A DNA stretch of 64,000 bases from contig DBGEOK010000046.1 in the NCBI GenBank assembly GCA_048370855.1, positions 33,652 through 97,651 of the forward strand, written 5' to 3'. Below are positions 36,207 to 45,967 of this stretch, piece by piece; the first letter of the stretch is position 1; each line of letters begins with the position of its first letter. Under the pieces are notes generated by a model that saw only the letters and a list, made by a program, of their open reading frames with translations, did no database searches and was not told where the DNA came from. The translations under genes and the position numbers were made by a program. The DNA comes from Candidatus Limiplasma sp. GTDB lineage: Bacteria; Bacillota; Clostridia; Christensenellales; Aristaeellaceae.

Positions 36207-37109
36207 ATGATGCGAACGGTTCTGGAATTTTATTTTATGCTCTTTTTTGTAAGCTCGGTTCTGGGGTGGGTGATGGAGGTTCTTTGCAAGCTGGTTCAGT
36301 TTGGGCGCTTCATCAACCGCGGCTTTTTGATTGGCCCGTATTGCCCGATCTACGGCTTTGGGGCCGTGCTGGTAACGGCGTTGCTCTCTCGCTTTTCCTC
36401 TGAACCGCTGGCCGTGTTCCTCCTGGCGATGGCGGTTTGCGGCACGCTGGAATATGTGACCAGCTATCTGATGGAAAAGCTGTTCCATGCCCGCTGGTGG
36501 GATTACAGCCAGAAGCGGTTTAACCTGAACGGTCGCGTGTGCGCGGGGACGCTGATTCCCTTCGGGCTGTTGGGCCTTGGCATGGTGTATGCGGTCAAGC
36601 CGCTGCTGTTTGGGTGGTTTGCCGCGCTGCCGCTGGGCGCGTTGGATGCGCTGTGCGCCGCGCTGCTGGCGGTCCTGCTGACGGACACGGCGGTATCCGC
36701 CTTTGTGCTGGGGAAGATTCGCCGGACCGCGGATCTGTCCGGCGGGGACGATACCGAGGCCATCACCCAGAGCGTGCGCGAAACGCTGGCCAGGCAGTCC
36801 GCGCTGATTCGCCGGGCGCTGCGGGCCTTTCCCTACGCAAGGCTGTACAACGGCAAGCTGCTCGGGCAGTTTAAGGAGAAGCGGGCCGCTTTGCGCGGGG
36901 AGCTGCGCGAAAGAAGGCGCGCGCTCCGCCTGGAAATCAACCGCCGCGAGCAAAGCCTTCGGGAGGAGATCCGGGAGCGCCGGACGGCAGGGAAGACCGC
37001 CGGCGGCGAAAGGCGCGGACAGCGCCGCCCGGACGCTCCCGCCGGGAAGGGCGCGCCGCGCCGGGAGCAACGTAGCGAAAAAGGGCGGTCAGACGGCGGC
37101 GTGCTGTGA
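36207..37109 (+). CDS. Membrane protein of the 'putative ABC-transporter type IV' (CmpB/DUF1113-like) family with a charged C-terminal tail
   Basis: Starts MMRTVLEFYF after AGGAGGG. It carries the conserved style GWxxExxxxxxxxGxxxNRGFLxGPxCPIYGxG...ARWWDYS. The last ~100 aa are Arg/Glu-rich. Confidence 0.72.
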   Translation: MMRTVLEFYFMLFFVSSVLGWVMEVLCKLVQFGRFINRGFLIGPYCPIYGFGAVLVTALLSRFSSEPLAVFLLAMAVCGTLEYVTSYLMEKLFHARWWDYSQKRFNLNGRVCAGTLIPFGLLGLGMVYAVKPLLFGWFAALPLGALDALCAALLAVLLTDTAVSAFVLGKIRRTADLSGGDDTEAITQSVRETLARQSALIRRALRAFPYARLYNGKLLGQFKEKRAALRGELRERRRALRLEINRREQSLREEIRERRTAGKTAGGERRGQRRPDAPAGKGAPRREQRSEKGRSDGGVL

Positions 37110-37420
37110 CGCCGTTTTCCCAAGGACGGGTTTGTCGTGCTGAAAAGACGGTTTTGGGCGTGAGAGGCCCGCGGCGTCCGCGCGGACGGGGATATCGGCT
37201 TACTCCTGTGTTAGGGAATATTCCACGACCTTGATTTGCGGCAGGACGTGCACCGTCAAGCCGCCGCCGGTGAAGCCGTGTTCCCCATGACCGTCGCAGC
37301 GCAGGCCGGCATCATGGCAGGTTTTGCCGGCCATTCGGCGCATGCCGGCATAAGGCGCGCCGTTTTCTGATGCGTACCGGGCCGAAAAATCGGAAAGTAC
37401 AGTAAAAACACATTTTCCCC

Positions 37421-37449
37421 TTGCAAATGATTCGATGTTGATGCATAAT
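37421..37449 (+). promoter_or_regulatory. Sigma-70-type promoter of serC-serA
   Basis: TTGCAA (37421-37426), 17-nt spacer, CATAAT (37444-37449). It lies ~100 nt upstream of serC. Confidence 0.5.
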
Positions 37450-37552
37450 ATCCTCAAGCGGATGAAAATCGCCCATAGGGCGAAAAACGTCCCGCTCGCT
37501 CTGCCGGAAGGCGGTCAACGCGGGGCGCACTCAAAACAGGGAGGAATCGTCA

Positions 37553-38635
37553 ATGGAACGCGTATTCAACTTTTCGGCAGGTCCGGCCATGATTGCCAAA
37601 AGCGTATTGGAAAAGGCGCGGGACGAGCTGGTCTGCTACCCGGGCCGCGGCATGAGCGTGATGGAAATGAGCCACCGAAGCGCCATGTACGTGGATATTT
37701 TCAACGAAACCAAGGCCCTTCTGCGCGAGCTGATGCACGTGCCCGAGGACTATGAGATCCTCTTTCTCCAGGGCGGCGCGACGCTCCAGTTCAGCGCCGT
37801 GCCGCTGAACCTGATGACCGGCGCGGGCAAGGCCGATTATGTGGACAGCGGCAATTTCGCCCACCTGGCCGCCGAGGAGGCCAAGCGCTATGGCGCGGTA
37901 AACGTGGTCGCCTCCTCCCGGGAGGACGGCTATACCTACGTGCCGGACGTGGAGCAAATTCCGTGGAACGCGGACGCGGATTACGCCTATATCACCACCA
38001 ACAACACCATTTACGGCACGCGCTACACCCAAATTCCCGATACGGGCAAGGTACCTCTGGTGGCGGACGTGAGCAGCAATATCCTGTCCGAGCCCATGGA
38101 CGTTAGCAAGTTCGGCGTGATGTTTGCCGGCGCGCAGAAGAATATCGGCCCGGCGGGCCTATGCATCGTGATTGTGCGCAAGGATTTGACGGGCCATGAG
38201 AACCCGCTGTGCCCGAAGCTGATGAATTGGGCGCTTCAGGTGAAAAACGACAGCATGGTCAATACGCCCAACACCTACGGCATCTATATGGCGAAGCTTG
38301 GCTTCGAGTGGCTGCGCGACCTGGGCGGCGTGGAAGCCATGTATCGCCGGAACGTGGAAAAGGCCGCCCTGCTGTATGACTACCTGGACGGGAGCAAGCT
38401 CTTTAAAGCCCCGGCGAAGAAGGAATGCCGCTCGTTGATGAATGTGACCTTCGTGACCGGCGACGCGGAGAAGGACGCCGCGTTTGTCAAGTATGCCGCC
38501 GCAAACGGGCTGGTGAACCTGAAGGGCCACCGGAGCGTGGGCGGCATGCGCGCCAGCATTTACAACGCCATGCCGGAGGAAGGCGTCCGCAAGCTTGTGG
38601 AAGTGATGAAGGCCTTTGAAAAGGAGAATGCATAA
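37553..38635 (+). CDS. serC: Phosphoserine aminotransferase
   Basis: MERVFNFSAGPA N-terminus and class V aminotransferase layout. 360 aa. Confidence 0.95.
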   Translation: MERVFNFSAGPAMIAKSVLEKARDELVCYPGRGMSVMEMSHRSAMYVDIFNETKALLRELMHVPEDYEILFLQGGATLQFSAVPLNLMTGAGKADYVDSGNFAHLAAEEAKRYGAVNVVASSREDGYTYVPDVEQIPWNADADYAYITTNNTIYGTRYTQIPDTGKVPLVADVSSNILSEPMDVSKFGVMFAGAQKNIGPAGLCIVIVRKDLTGHENPLCPKLMNWALQVKNDSMVNTPNTYGIYMAKLGFEWLRDLGGVEAMYRRNVEKAALLYDYLDGSKLFKAPAKKECRSLMNVTFVTGDAEKDAAFVKYAAANGLVNLKGHRSVGGMRASIYNAMPEEGVRKLVEVMKAFEKENA

Positions 38636-39810
38636 TGTTTAAAATTCAAACGCTCAACAATATCTCAGGGGTAATCCACCGGCATCTGACCGCCGACAAT
38701 TACCTGATCGCGGCGGAAGAACCCGTGCCGGACGGGATTCTTGTACGCTCCGCCGGCATGCATGAGATGGAGCTGCCCGGGAGCCTCCTTGCCATCGCCC
38801 GCGCGGGCGCCGGGACCAACAACATTCCCATCGAGGAATGCACCAGGCGCGGCATTGTGGTGTTCAATACGCCGGGCGCAAACGCCAACGCGGTGGCGGA
38901 GCTGGTCATCTGCGCGCTGATGCTGGGCAGCCGGAACGTGGCGGGCGGCATCGGCTGGGCCAGCGGCCTGAAGGGCAAGGGCGACGAGGTTCCCAAGCTT
39001 GTGGAAAAGGGCAAGGCGCAGTTCGCGGGCCCGGAGGTGCGGGGCAAGGCGCTGGGCGTGATCGGCCTGGGAGCAATCGGCGCGATTGTCGCCAACGCGG
39101 CGGCGCAGGGCCTGGGCATGGAGGTAGTGGGATACGACCCCTATATCAGCGTGGAGAGCGCCTGGTCGCTCAGCCGGGCCGTGAAGCGCAGCGCGTCCAT
39201 CGACGAAATCTATGCCCACGCGGACTATATCACCTTGCATGTGCCGCTGACGGAGGGCACGCGGGGCATGATTGACGCGGGCACCATCGCCAAGATGAAG
39301 GACGGCGTGCATCTGCTCAATTTCAGCCGGGCGGAGCTGGTGGATGCCGAAGCGCTGAGCGCCGCGCTGGAAAGCGGAAAGGTTGCCAGCTACGTGACGG
39401 ATTTCCCCAACGAGGCGGTGCTGGGCATGAAAAACGCCGTCGCCATTCCGCACCTGGGCGCGAGCACGCCGGAGAGCGAGGAAAACTGCGCGTCCATGGC
39501 CGCCTGCGAGCTGAGAGATTATCTGGAATTTGGGCAAATCCGCAACAGCGTCAACTTTCCCGAAATGCTGCTGGGGTACAGCGAGGGCACGCGCGTGCTC
39601 ATCATCCATGATAACGAGCCGGGTATGGTCAGCGCCATTTCGGCGGCGATTGGCGCGCGCAAAATCAATATCAACAACATGATGAACAAAAGCCGCAAGG
39701 ACGTGGCCGTGACCGTGCTGGAGCTGGATAAGCTGCCCGACCAGCGGCTGCTGACAGAGCTGATGGCGCTGCCGGGCGTCATCCGGGTGCGGTGCTTCCA
39801 CGAGGAGTAA
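38635..39810 (+). CDS. serA: D-3-phosphoglycerate dehydrogenase (2-hydroxyacid dehydrogenase with C-terminal ACT-like domain)
   Basis: NAD-binding GVIGLGAIG. The catalytic domain is typical of D-isomer-specific dehydrogenases. The start overlaps the serC stop. Confidence 0.88.
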   Translation: MFKIQTLNNISGVIHRHLTADNYLIAAEEPVPDGILVRSAGMHEMELPGSLLAIARAGAGTNNIPIEECTRRGIVVFNTPGANANAVAELVICALMLGSRNVAGGIGWASGLKGKGDEVPKLVEKGKAQFAGPEVRGKALGVIGLGAIGAIVANAAAQGLGMEVVGYDPYISVESAWSLSRAVKRSASIDEIYAHADYITLHVPLTEGTRGMIDAGTIAKMKDGVHLLNFSRAELVDAEALSAALESGKVASYVTDFPNEAVLGMKNAVAIPHLGASTPESEENCASMAACELRDYLEFGQIRNSVNFPEMLLGYSEGTRVLIIHDNEPGMVSAISAAIGARKININNMMNKSRKDVAVTVLELDKLPDQRLLTELMALPGVIRVRCFHEE

Positions 39811-39861
39811 TCGCTCGGGCCGGAAGACCGGAATAACAGAACGCCGTCGTCGGCGATCAAA

Positions 39862-39898
39862 ATGCGGGCGCGCCCTCCTGACGAGGCGCGCCCGCGCT
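39862..39898 (+). terminator. Intrinsic terminator after serA
   Basis: GCGGGCGCGCC-TCCTGACGA-GGCGCGCCCGC followed by TTT. Confidence 0.6.
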
Positions 39899-40248
39899 TT
39901 AAGACATTTCAGCCACTGATCTGTTTTCGTCTTTGGTTTTATTGTTAATCCAGCAAAGAATATGGTTAATGCCATCACAACATAACCTAATCAATCATAG
40001 TTAAATAGCAGTCCACATGACTGAAAATCTAGAAGTACAGCGATCAATTGATTGATATATGCCGCGCTATCCTCGATTTTCGATACTCATATCCAGGTAA
40101 TTGTTTGACTGTTGCATTTCCTACTAAAATGCCTAATGTAAAATTTTTGCAAAATGGCGCTTCGTTTTCCAGAAACTCGTTTTTCCTTCATTGCAAAGCC
40201 CGGAGCAGCGCCCGCGCGGCGCGGCGGCGAAAGGCCCGGAACGGGCGC

Positions 40249-41289
40249 TCAGGCCCGTACCAGGCGCACGCCTTCAAAGATTTTGTCTACCGTCAGGCAC
40301 GCCATGCCATGATAATAATCCTGCCAGACGTCCTGGGCGTACAGAAGCTCCGGGAGCATGCGTCCCGGAAGGGACGCGGAAAGCGCGTCCCCGATCAATC
40401 CCAGGCACGACTTGCGAAAAGCGGGCCCGCCCAGGGCGATGTACTGCGGGTTGAGGATAGCGCAAATCCAGCAAAGGACCTGTGAAACGACATTTGCATA
40501 CAGCCCGTCCGCCGCCGGCGCAGTAAGCCGGTCATCCAGCAGCGCGTTTTGCCCGGCCGGGACCAAGCCAAGCTCGCCAGCAAACTGGCGAAAGCCCCGG
40601 AGGAGACGCCCTCCGGAGAGGAACCCGGCGCTGACGCTTCCTTTTTTAAAATATACGAACGCCATATGCGCGTCGTCCGGGTTTTCCTGCGGAAACGACT
40701 TGCTATAGCAGCGGCCGAACCCAAGGGTAATCGCGTTCAAGTCGTTTTCCAGCACGATGGGGACGTCATACCGGCGGGAAAGAGCGTCGCCAATCGCCAC
40801 CTTGCGCAGCTCGTCCCCGCTGTTTTTTTTCCGCCAGTAGCCGCCTTCGTCCACTACGCCGGGCACGCCGATGCCGACGGCCCGAATTTCGTATGTCTGA
40901 ACCATTCGGTCCAAATAGGAGATGATAGCGGCTTCAGCGTCGTCGATTTGCGCGTGCAGCCCGGCGGACTGCACAATGTCTCCGGATAGGTCTACCAGAA
41001 GGGCGTGGACCTGATCGTCCGTGACGCAAAAGGCCGCCCCATGATACCGGTCCGGCCTGAACCGGTAGCGCTCCGCCTTCCGACCGCCGCGGGACGCGTC
41101 ATAGCCGGCGCTGTCAATTTCTCCTCTTTCCAGCATTTCAGCCAGTATCGAGCGGACGGTTGTGGGGCTGATACCGGTGGCGTTTGCGATTTCCGAGCGG
41201 GTCGCGGTTCCCCTGTCCCGGATAGCCCTGCGGATGACGGAGAGGTTTGTCTGCTTTAACAATCCGGGTCTTGCGCCGATACCGTCCAT
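40249..41289 (-). CDS. ROK-family transcriptional regulator (NagC/XylR type)
   Basis: N-terminal winged HTH (NLSVIRRAIRDRGTATRSEIANATGISPTTVRSILAEM) followed by a ROK sugar-kinase-like domain. 346 aa. Confidence 0.88.
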   Translation of the reverse strand: MDGIGARPGLLKQTNLSVIRRAIRDRGTATRSEIANATGISPTTVRSILAEMLERGEIDSAGYDASRGGRKAERYRFRPDRYHGAAFCVTDDQVHALLVDLSGDIVQSAGLHAQIDDAEAAIISYLDRMVQTYEIRAVGIGVPGVVDEGGYWRKKNSGDELRKVAIGDALSRRYDVPIVLENDLNAITLGFGRCYSKSFPQENPDDAHMAFVYFKKGSVSAGFLSGGRLLRGFRQFAGELGLVPAGQNALLDDRLTAPAADGLYANVVSQVLCWICAILNPQYIALGGPAFRKSCLGLIGDALSASLPGRMLPELLYAQDVWQDYYHGMACLTVDKIFEGVRLVRA

Positions 41290-41438
41290 GGCTCCCGCCT
41301 CACTTATCGCGTAAACTTTGAAAAGTTTCCGCGATAAGTATAGCCGAAGGGATTGTTCCTGTCAACAATAACGCTGGAAAAGCTGAAAAGAGAAGCGAAG
41401 CCGCGCCCTCCGGTTTCGGTCAGGAGGGTAAGCGGCCC

Positions 41439-41471
41439 AAAAGGCCCCCGCCTTTCGTTAAAGCGGGGGCC
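41439..41471 (-). terminator. Intrinsic terminator after clpB
   Basis: The minus strand reads GGCCCCCGC-loop-GCGGGGGCC followed by TTTT, ~60 nt past the clpB stop. Confidence 0.6.
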
Positions 41472-41531
41472 CTGAAAACGGCTGTGGAAAGAATGGTTCG
41501 GCAGCAGCCGCGGGCGGTTCCAAAGGCAAGC

Positions 41532-44147
41532 TTAGTCGGCGAGAGCCTCGGGGCTTAGGCAAACCAGCGCGCCGCCGTCCGCGTCCACCAGCACGCGCTG
41601 CCCCGGCAGGATGCCGCCGCCCACAATCTCCCTGGCAAGCATGGTTTCCAAATGGCTTTGCATATAGCGCTTGAGCGGGCGCGCGCCGTATACCGGGTCG
41701 AACCCGGCGTCCGCGATAAAGTCCACCGCCGCGTCGGAAAGCTCCAGATGGATGTCGCGCTCCTCCAGCCGCTTGGCAAGGCACTTGGCAAGCAGGCGCA
41801 CGATCTGCCGGATTTCGTCCTTTTCCAACGGCTTGTAGAACACGATGTCGTCAATGCGGTTGAGGAATTCCGGCCTGAACTGGGTGCGCAGAAGCTGCAT
41901 GACGCTATCCCGCGCGCTCTCGGTAATCCGCCCGTTCTCGATGCCGTCCAGCAGGTATTGGCTGCCCAGGTTGGACGTCATGATGATGATGGTGTTCTTG
42001 AAATCCACGGTGCGGCCCTGGCTGTCGGTGATGCGCCCGTCGTCCAGCACCTGCAGCAGAATATTAAATACGTCCGGATGCGCCTTTTCCACCTCGTCCA
42101 GCAGCACCACGCAGTACGGCTTGCGGCGCACGGCCTCGGAAAGCTGGCCGCCCTCCTCGTAGCCCACGTATCCCGGAGGCGCGCCCACCAGGCGGCTGAC
42201 GCTGAATTTCTCCATATATTCGCTCATGTCGATGCGGACCATGTTCTTTTCATCGTCGAACAGGCTTTGGGCAAGGGCCTTGGCAAGCTCCGTCTTGCCT
42301 ACGCCGGTGGGCCCAAGGAACAGGAAGCTTCCGATGGGACGGTTTTCGTCCGCGATGCCCGCGCGGCTGCGCAGGATAGCCTCGCTGACCTTGGTAACGG
42401 CCTCGTCCTGGCCGATGACGCGCCGGTGAAGCTCGTCCGGGAGCTGGAGCAGCTTTTCACGCTCGCCCTCCTTGAGCTTGGTAACAGGGATACCCGTCCA
42501 GCGGCTTACAATGCGGGCAATTTCATCGTCCGTCACCTTGTCGCGGAGCAGGCTGTCCTCCCCGCGGTCGCGCTCCGCGGCGTCCTCCTGCTTGGAAAGC
42601 TCTCCCTGCAGCTTTGGCAGCTCGCCGTATTTCAGCTCGGCGGCGCGGCCCAGGTCATAGGTGCGCTCGGCCTTCTGAATTTCGGCGTTGACGCGCTCGA
42701 TATCCTCCCGCAGCTTCTGCACCTTCAGGATGGCGGATTTCTCGTTTTCCCAGCGGGCGCGCATGGCGCTGAACTCGTCGCGCAGCTTGGAGAGCTCGCC
42801 CTCCAGCGCGGCCAGCCGGCGTCGGCTACCCTCGTCGTCCTCCTTTTTCAGGGCCGCCTGCTCGATTTCTAGCTGCATGATGCGGCGGCTAACCTCGTCC
42901 AGCTCGGCGGGCATGGAGTCGATCTCCGTGCGGATCATCGCGCACGCCTCGTCCACCAGGTCGATAGCCTTGTCAGGCAAAAAACGGTCGGTGATGTAGC
43001 GGTTGGACAGGGTGGCGGCGGCGATCAGCGCGCCGTCGGTGATTTTGACGCCGTGGAAAACCTCGTAGCGTTCCTTGAGGCCGCGCAGGATGCTGATGGT
43101 ATCGGAAACGGACGGCTCGGTGACCAGCACGGGCTGGAACCGGCGCTCCAAAGCGGCGTCCTTTTCAATATACTTGCGGTACTCGTCCAGGGTGGTCGCG
43201 CCGATCAGGTGCAGCTCGCCCCTGGCCAGCATGGGCTTGAGCAGGTTGCCCGCGTCCATGGAGCCTTCGGTCTTGCCCGCGCCCACGATGGTATGCAGCT
43301 CGTCGATAAAGAGGAGGATTTTTCCCTCGCTTTTTTTGATCTCGGCCAGCACGGCCTTCAAGCGTTCCTCAAACTCGCCGCGGTATTTTGCGCCCGCGAT
43401 CAGGCTGCCCATGTCCAGGCAGAAAACCTGGCGGTCCTTCAGGCTGTCGGGCACGTCGCCGCGCACGATGCGCTGCGCCAGGCCCTCCGCGATGGCGGTT
43501 TTGCCCACGCCGGGCTCGCCGATCAGCACGGGGTTATTTTTGGTTTTCCGGGTCAGGATACGGATGACGCTGCGGATTTCGTTATCGCGGCCCACCACGG
43601 GGTCCAGCTTCTGGTTTCGGGCCAGGGCGGTCAGATCCTGACCGTACTTGGCCAGGACGTCGTAGGTATCCTCGGGCGTTTCGCCCGTTACGCGCGCGCT
43701 GCCGCGCACGCTTTGCAGCGCCGGCAGGAACGCCTTTTCGTCGACGGCATAGCCCTTCCACAGCTCCTGCATGGAGCGGGAGGGCTTTTCCAGCAGGCCG
43801 AGGAAAAGGTGCTCGACGCTGACATACTCGTCCTTCATCTGCTTGGCCCGGTCGCGCGCCGCCACCAGGGCGCGCTCCATATCGGCGCTGATGTAGATTT
43901 TGTCCGGCTCGCGCCCGCCTCCCGTTACCTTGGGGATGCGGGCGATCAGGGTTTCCAGCCTGCCGCGGATTTCCTCCGGCCGCTTGCCCATTTTGGTCAA
44001 TAGCTGGGGAATGAGCCCCTGCTGGTCTAACAGCAGGGCGCAGGCCAAATGCTCCTGGGAAACCTCCTGGTTTTGATATTCTACGGTGAGCTGCTGGGCG
44101 GTGGTGAGCGCTTCGCGGCTCTTTTCGGTAAACTGTTGGTTAGACAT
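41532..44147 (-). CDS. clpB: ATP-dependent chaperone/disaggregase ClpB
   Basis: 871 aa with two AAA+ modules ([18 protein letters not shown]), a long coiled-coil middle domain and a Clp_N terminus. Confidence 0.97.
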   Translation of the reverse strand: MSNQQFTEKSREALTTAQQLTVEYQNQEVSQEHLACALLLDQQGLIPQLLTKMGKRPEEIRGRLETLIARIPKVTGGGREPDKIYISADMERALVAARDRAKQMKDEYVSVEHLFLGLLEKPSRSMQELWKGYAVDEKAFLPALQSVRGSARVTGETPEDTYDVLAKYGQDLTALARNQKLDPVVGRDNEIRSVIRILTRKTKNNPVLIGEPGVGKTAIAEGLAQRIVRGDVPDSLKDRQVFCLDMGSLIAGAKYRGEFEERLKAVLAEIKKSEGKILLFIDELHTIVGAGKTEGSMDAGNLLKPMLARGELHLIGATTLDEYRKYIEKDAALERRFQPVLVTEPSVSDTISILRGLKERYEVFHGVKITDGALIAAATLSNRYITDRFLPDKAIDLVDEACAMIRTEIDSMPAELDEVSRRIMQLEIEQAALKKEDDEGSRRRLAALEGELSKLRDEFSAMRARWENEKSAILKVQKLREDIERVNAEIQKAERTYDLGRAAELKYGELPKLQGELSKQEDAAERDRGEDSLLRDKVTDDEIARIVSRWTGIPVTKLKEGEREKLLQLPDELHRRVIGQDEAVTKVSEAILRSRAGIADENRPIGSFLFLGPTGVGKTELAKALAQSLFDDEKNMVRIDMSEYMEKFSVSRLVGAPPGYVGYEEGGQLSEAVRRKPYCVVLLDEVEKAHPDVFNILLQVLDDGRITDSQGRTVDFKNTIIIMTSNLGSQYLLDGIENGRITESARDSVMQLLRTQFRPEFLNRIDDIVFYKPLEKDEIRQIVRLLAKCLAKRLEERDIHLELSDAAVDFIADAGFDPVYGARPLKRYMQSHLETMLAREIVGGGILPGQRVLVDADGGALVCLSPEALAD

Positions 44148-44193
44148 AGCGTGACGCCTCCTTGCCGGGGGATTGTTTGAAGGTCCACAGGTA

Positions 44194-44210
44194 ATTGACT
44201 ATCTTTGACC
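44194..44210 (-). promoter_or_regulatory. CtsR operator (class III heat-shock repressor site)
   Basis: The minus strand reads GGTCAAA-GAT-AGTCAAT, against the consensus direct repeat (A/G)GTCAAA-NAN-(A/G)GTCAAA. It lies immediately downstream of the clpB -10. Confidence 0.7.
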
Positions 44211-44219
44211 TTCAAAATG

Positions 44220-44247
44220 AGTATACCATGTTTCCGACTATTGTCAA
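44220..44247 (-). promoter_or_regulatory. Sigma-70-type promoter of clpB
   Basis: The minus strand reads TTGACA (44247-44242), 16-nt spacer, TATACT (44225-44220). Confidence 0.65.
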
Positions 44248-44866
44248 GCGTTTTCCGTAATTTTTTTGCGCTTTTAAGGAGCGTCGCAGGGCCTGCGCCC
44301 CCGAAACTAAGGAGTCCGCCCGGCTTTTCCGGTGCCCTTTCGCGCAGGCTGATCGGACGTTCCGCGGCCCGTAAGCCTAATTGATCGGGCGTCGGCTCAA
44401 CCCTCCGGCAAAACTGTTTCGTGCGCCCGAGGGTTGCCAAACATCGTTCGCGCGGGAAGGTCAAAACCGCCCGTCCCGACTGTTCTTTAAAAAATGGGCC
44501 GTATTGATACAATGGGCCCGTCATGCTTGCGCTGTTCAGTGATCTTTCCACGCGGCAAAGGCAAGGGGGGAAACGGCGCGATATACGGTCGCCGACCTTT
44601 TCTGGCGTGAGCCGTTCCGGGTGGGAAACATAAAAAACGCTTGGAAGGCTACCAAAGCCGTTTTTCCCATCCTATCGAGGCGCTTTTTCCGCCTGTGGCG
44701 TTGCGTGCCGGGCGTGAAGCGGGACGGGGCAGGCGACGGCAGCTCCGCAGGGGCTGCCTTGAACCGTCCGTTCCCTTTTCAACAGGCGGGTAAAGGCCCA
44801 GGTTCGTCGCGCGCGCATTCCGCCTGCCGGAAGCGCCGCGTTGAAGCCGGACGCGTGCGCGAGGCG

Positions 44867-45967
44867 CTACTTCGCGCAGACGACAAAATCAGCGTCGCGG
44901 TATTTTCGCCGGAATTGAAACGCCTCCCATTCGGCGTCGGTGTAAAACGCGCCCATGGTGACGCCGCCAAAGCCGAGCGCGTCGCAGTCCAGCGCCTGAA
45001 GCTTCTTCATTACATCGAGCAGGGACTGGCTTTCCCGCTGAAGCGCCGTGCCGTCGCGCACCCAGAGCTGGAGCTGTATAGGGTCGCCGCCAATGGCGGC
45101 GCGCCGCTCGGCTTCGTCCCAGGCGCGGAGCGCGACCTGGGTTTCCCGGGCGGTCAGCAGGCCGGAGACGCGGCCGTCGCTGACGGCGGCGGAGCCGAGG
45201 TATTCCACGGGGTTGACGCTGGTGCGGGGCAGCATGCCCGCGATGATTTGATCCGGCAGGAGAGAGTCTGTCCAGGGCTCGCCGACGGCAAAGACCGGCG
45301 CGGAGCTTCCGCCGGAGCTCCCGCCGGAGCCGCCCGCCCCGCCGCCGGAGGAGTCGCCGCCCTGCTTCTTTTCCTCGGGAAGAAGCTGCGCGTTGACCGC
45401 GCAGATGCACAGGAGGGGATCGCGCCGGCCCTCTCCCAGGTCGCGCACGCATGCCGAAAGCGTGCTGTCCGGCAGCATATCCTCTTCCCTGAGCCGCTCG
45501 AACAGCAGGTTCAGGTGGGTGCTCAGGCGCATACCGAAGTCCGGCTGCTGGGCGTTCATTACCTCGAGCCCGCTGCCTAGCGCCACCATGACAAAGGCGT
45601 TGGGCCGCATGGAAGGCATTTCCTCCAGGCGGCGCAGAAGGCCGCGCAGCTCGTTGGTGGAGGCCAGGTCGTAGCCGATCAGGCACAGGCGGAGCTGGCA
45701 GAAGTTGAGCGGATAAGGCGTGGAAGCCGCCAGGATGTGAAGCGCGTCCTCCAGGGAGTCGCCCGTGGCGCTCAGGATATCGTAGGCCGAGGCGGAGCTA
45801 TCGCCGTTTTTGGGGGCCTGGACGCCGACCTGAATCTTGCCCTCTTCGGTCGTATCCACGCTCATGCAGATGGGAAAGGTCTGCCGTTCCATGGGCGGAT
45901 ACCCGCAGCCGCAAAGGAGCAGCCCCCCAAGCGCCAGCATTGCCGCAAGCAGCAATCGCTTTTTCAT
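44867..45967 (-). CDS. Spore germination receptor C subunit (Ger(x)C lipoprotein)
   Basis: Starts MKKRLLLAAMLALGGLLLCGC, a lipobox, and overlaps the B-subunit stop (ATGA). It is third in an A-B-C operon. The upstream 437 codons of the 803-aa track ORF are shadow sequence. Confidence 0.82.
   Translation of the reverse strand: MKKRLLLAAMLALGGLLLCGCGYPPMERQTFPICMSVDTTEEGKIQVGVQAPKNGDSSASAYDILSATGDSLEDALHILAASTPYPLNFCQLRLCLIGYDLASTNELRGLLRRLEEMPSMRPNAFVMVALGSGLEVMNAQQPDFGMRLSTHLNLLFERLREEDMLPDSTLSACVRDLGEGRRDPLLCICAVNAQLLPEEKKQGGDSSGGGAGGSGGSSGGSSAPVFAVGEPWTDSLLPDQIIAGMLPRTSVNPVEYLGSAAVSDGRVSGLLTARETQVALRAWDEAERRAAIGGDPIQLQLWVRDGTALQRESQSLLDVMKKLQALDCDALGFGGVTMGAFYTDAEWEAFQFRRKYRDADFVVCAK

Noticed and set aside
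37200-37457. 85-aa minus-strand ORF upstream of serC.
   Set aside because: It overlaps the predicted serC promoter, has no RBS and no recognisable family. The possibility of a small protein remains, but it is unsupported.
40048-40485. 145-aa + strand ORF starting in the AT-rich island and running antisense into the ROK gene.
   Set aside because: It changes composition mid-ORF and is antisense to a clear ROK regulator. There is no RBS.
44621-45580. 319-aa + strand ORF spanning the clpB-gerAC gap and the antisense strand of gerAC.
   Set aside because: The composition is Ala/Gly/Arg-rich, it is antisense to a well-supported lipoprotein gene, and it has no RBS.
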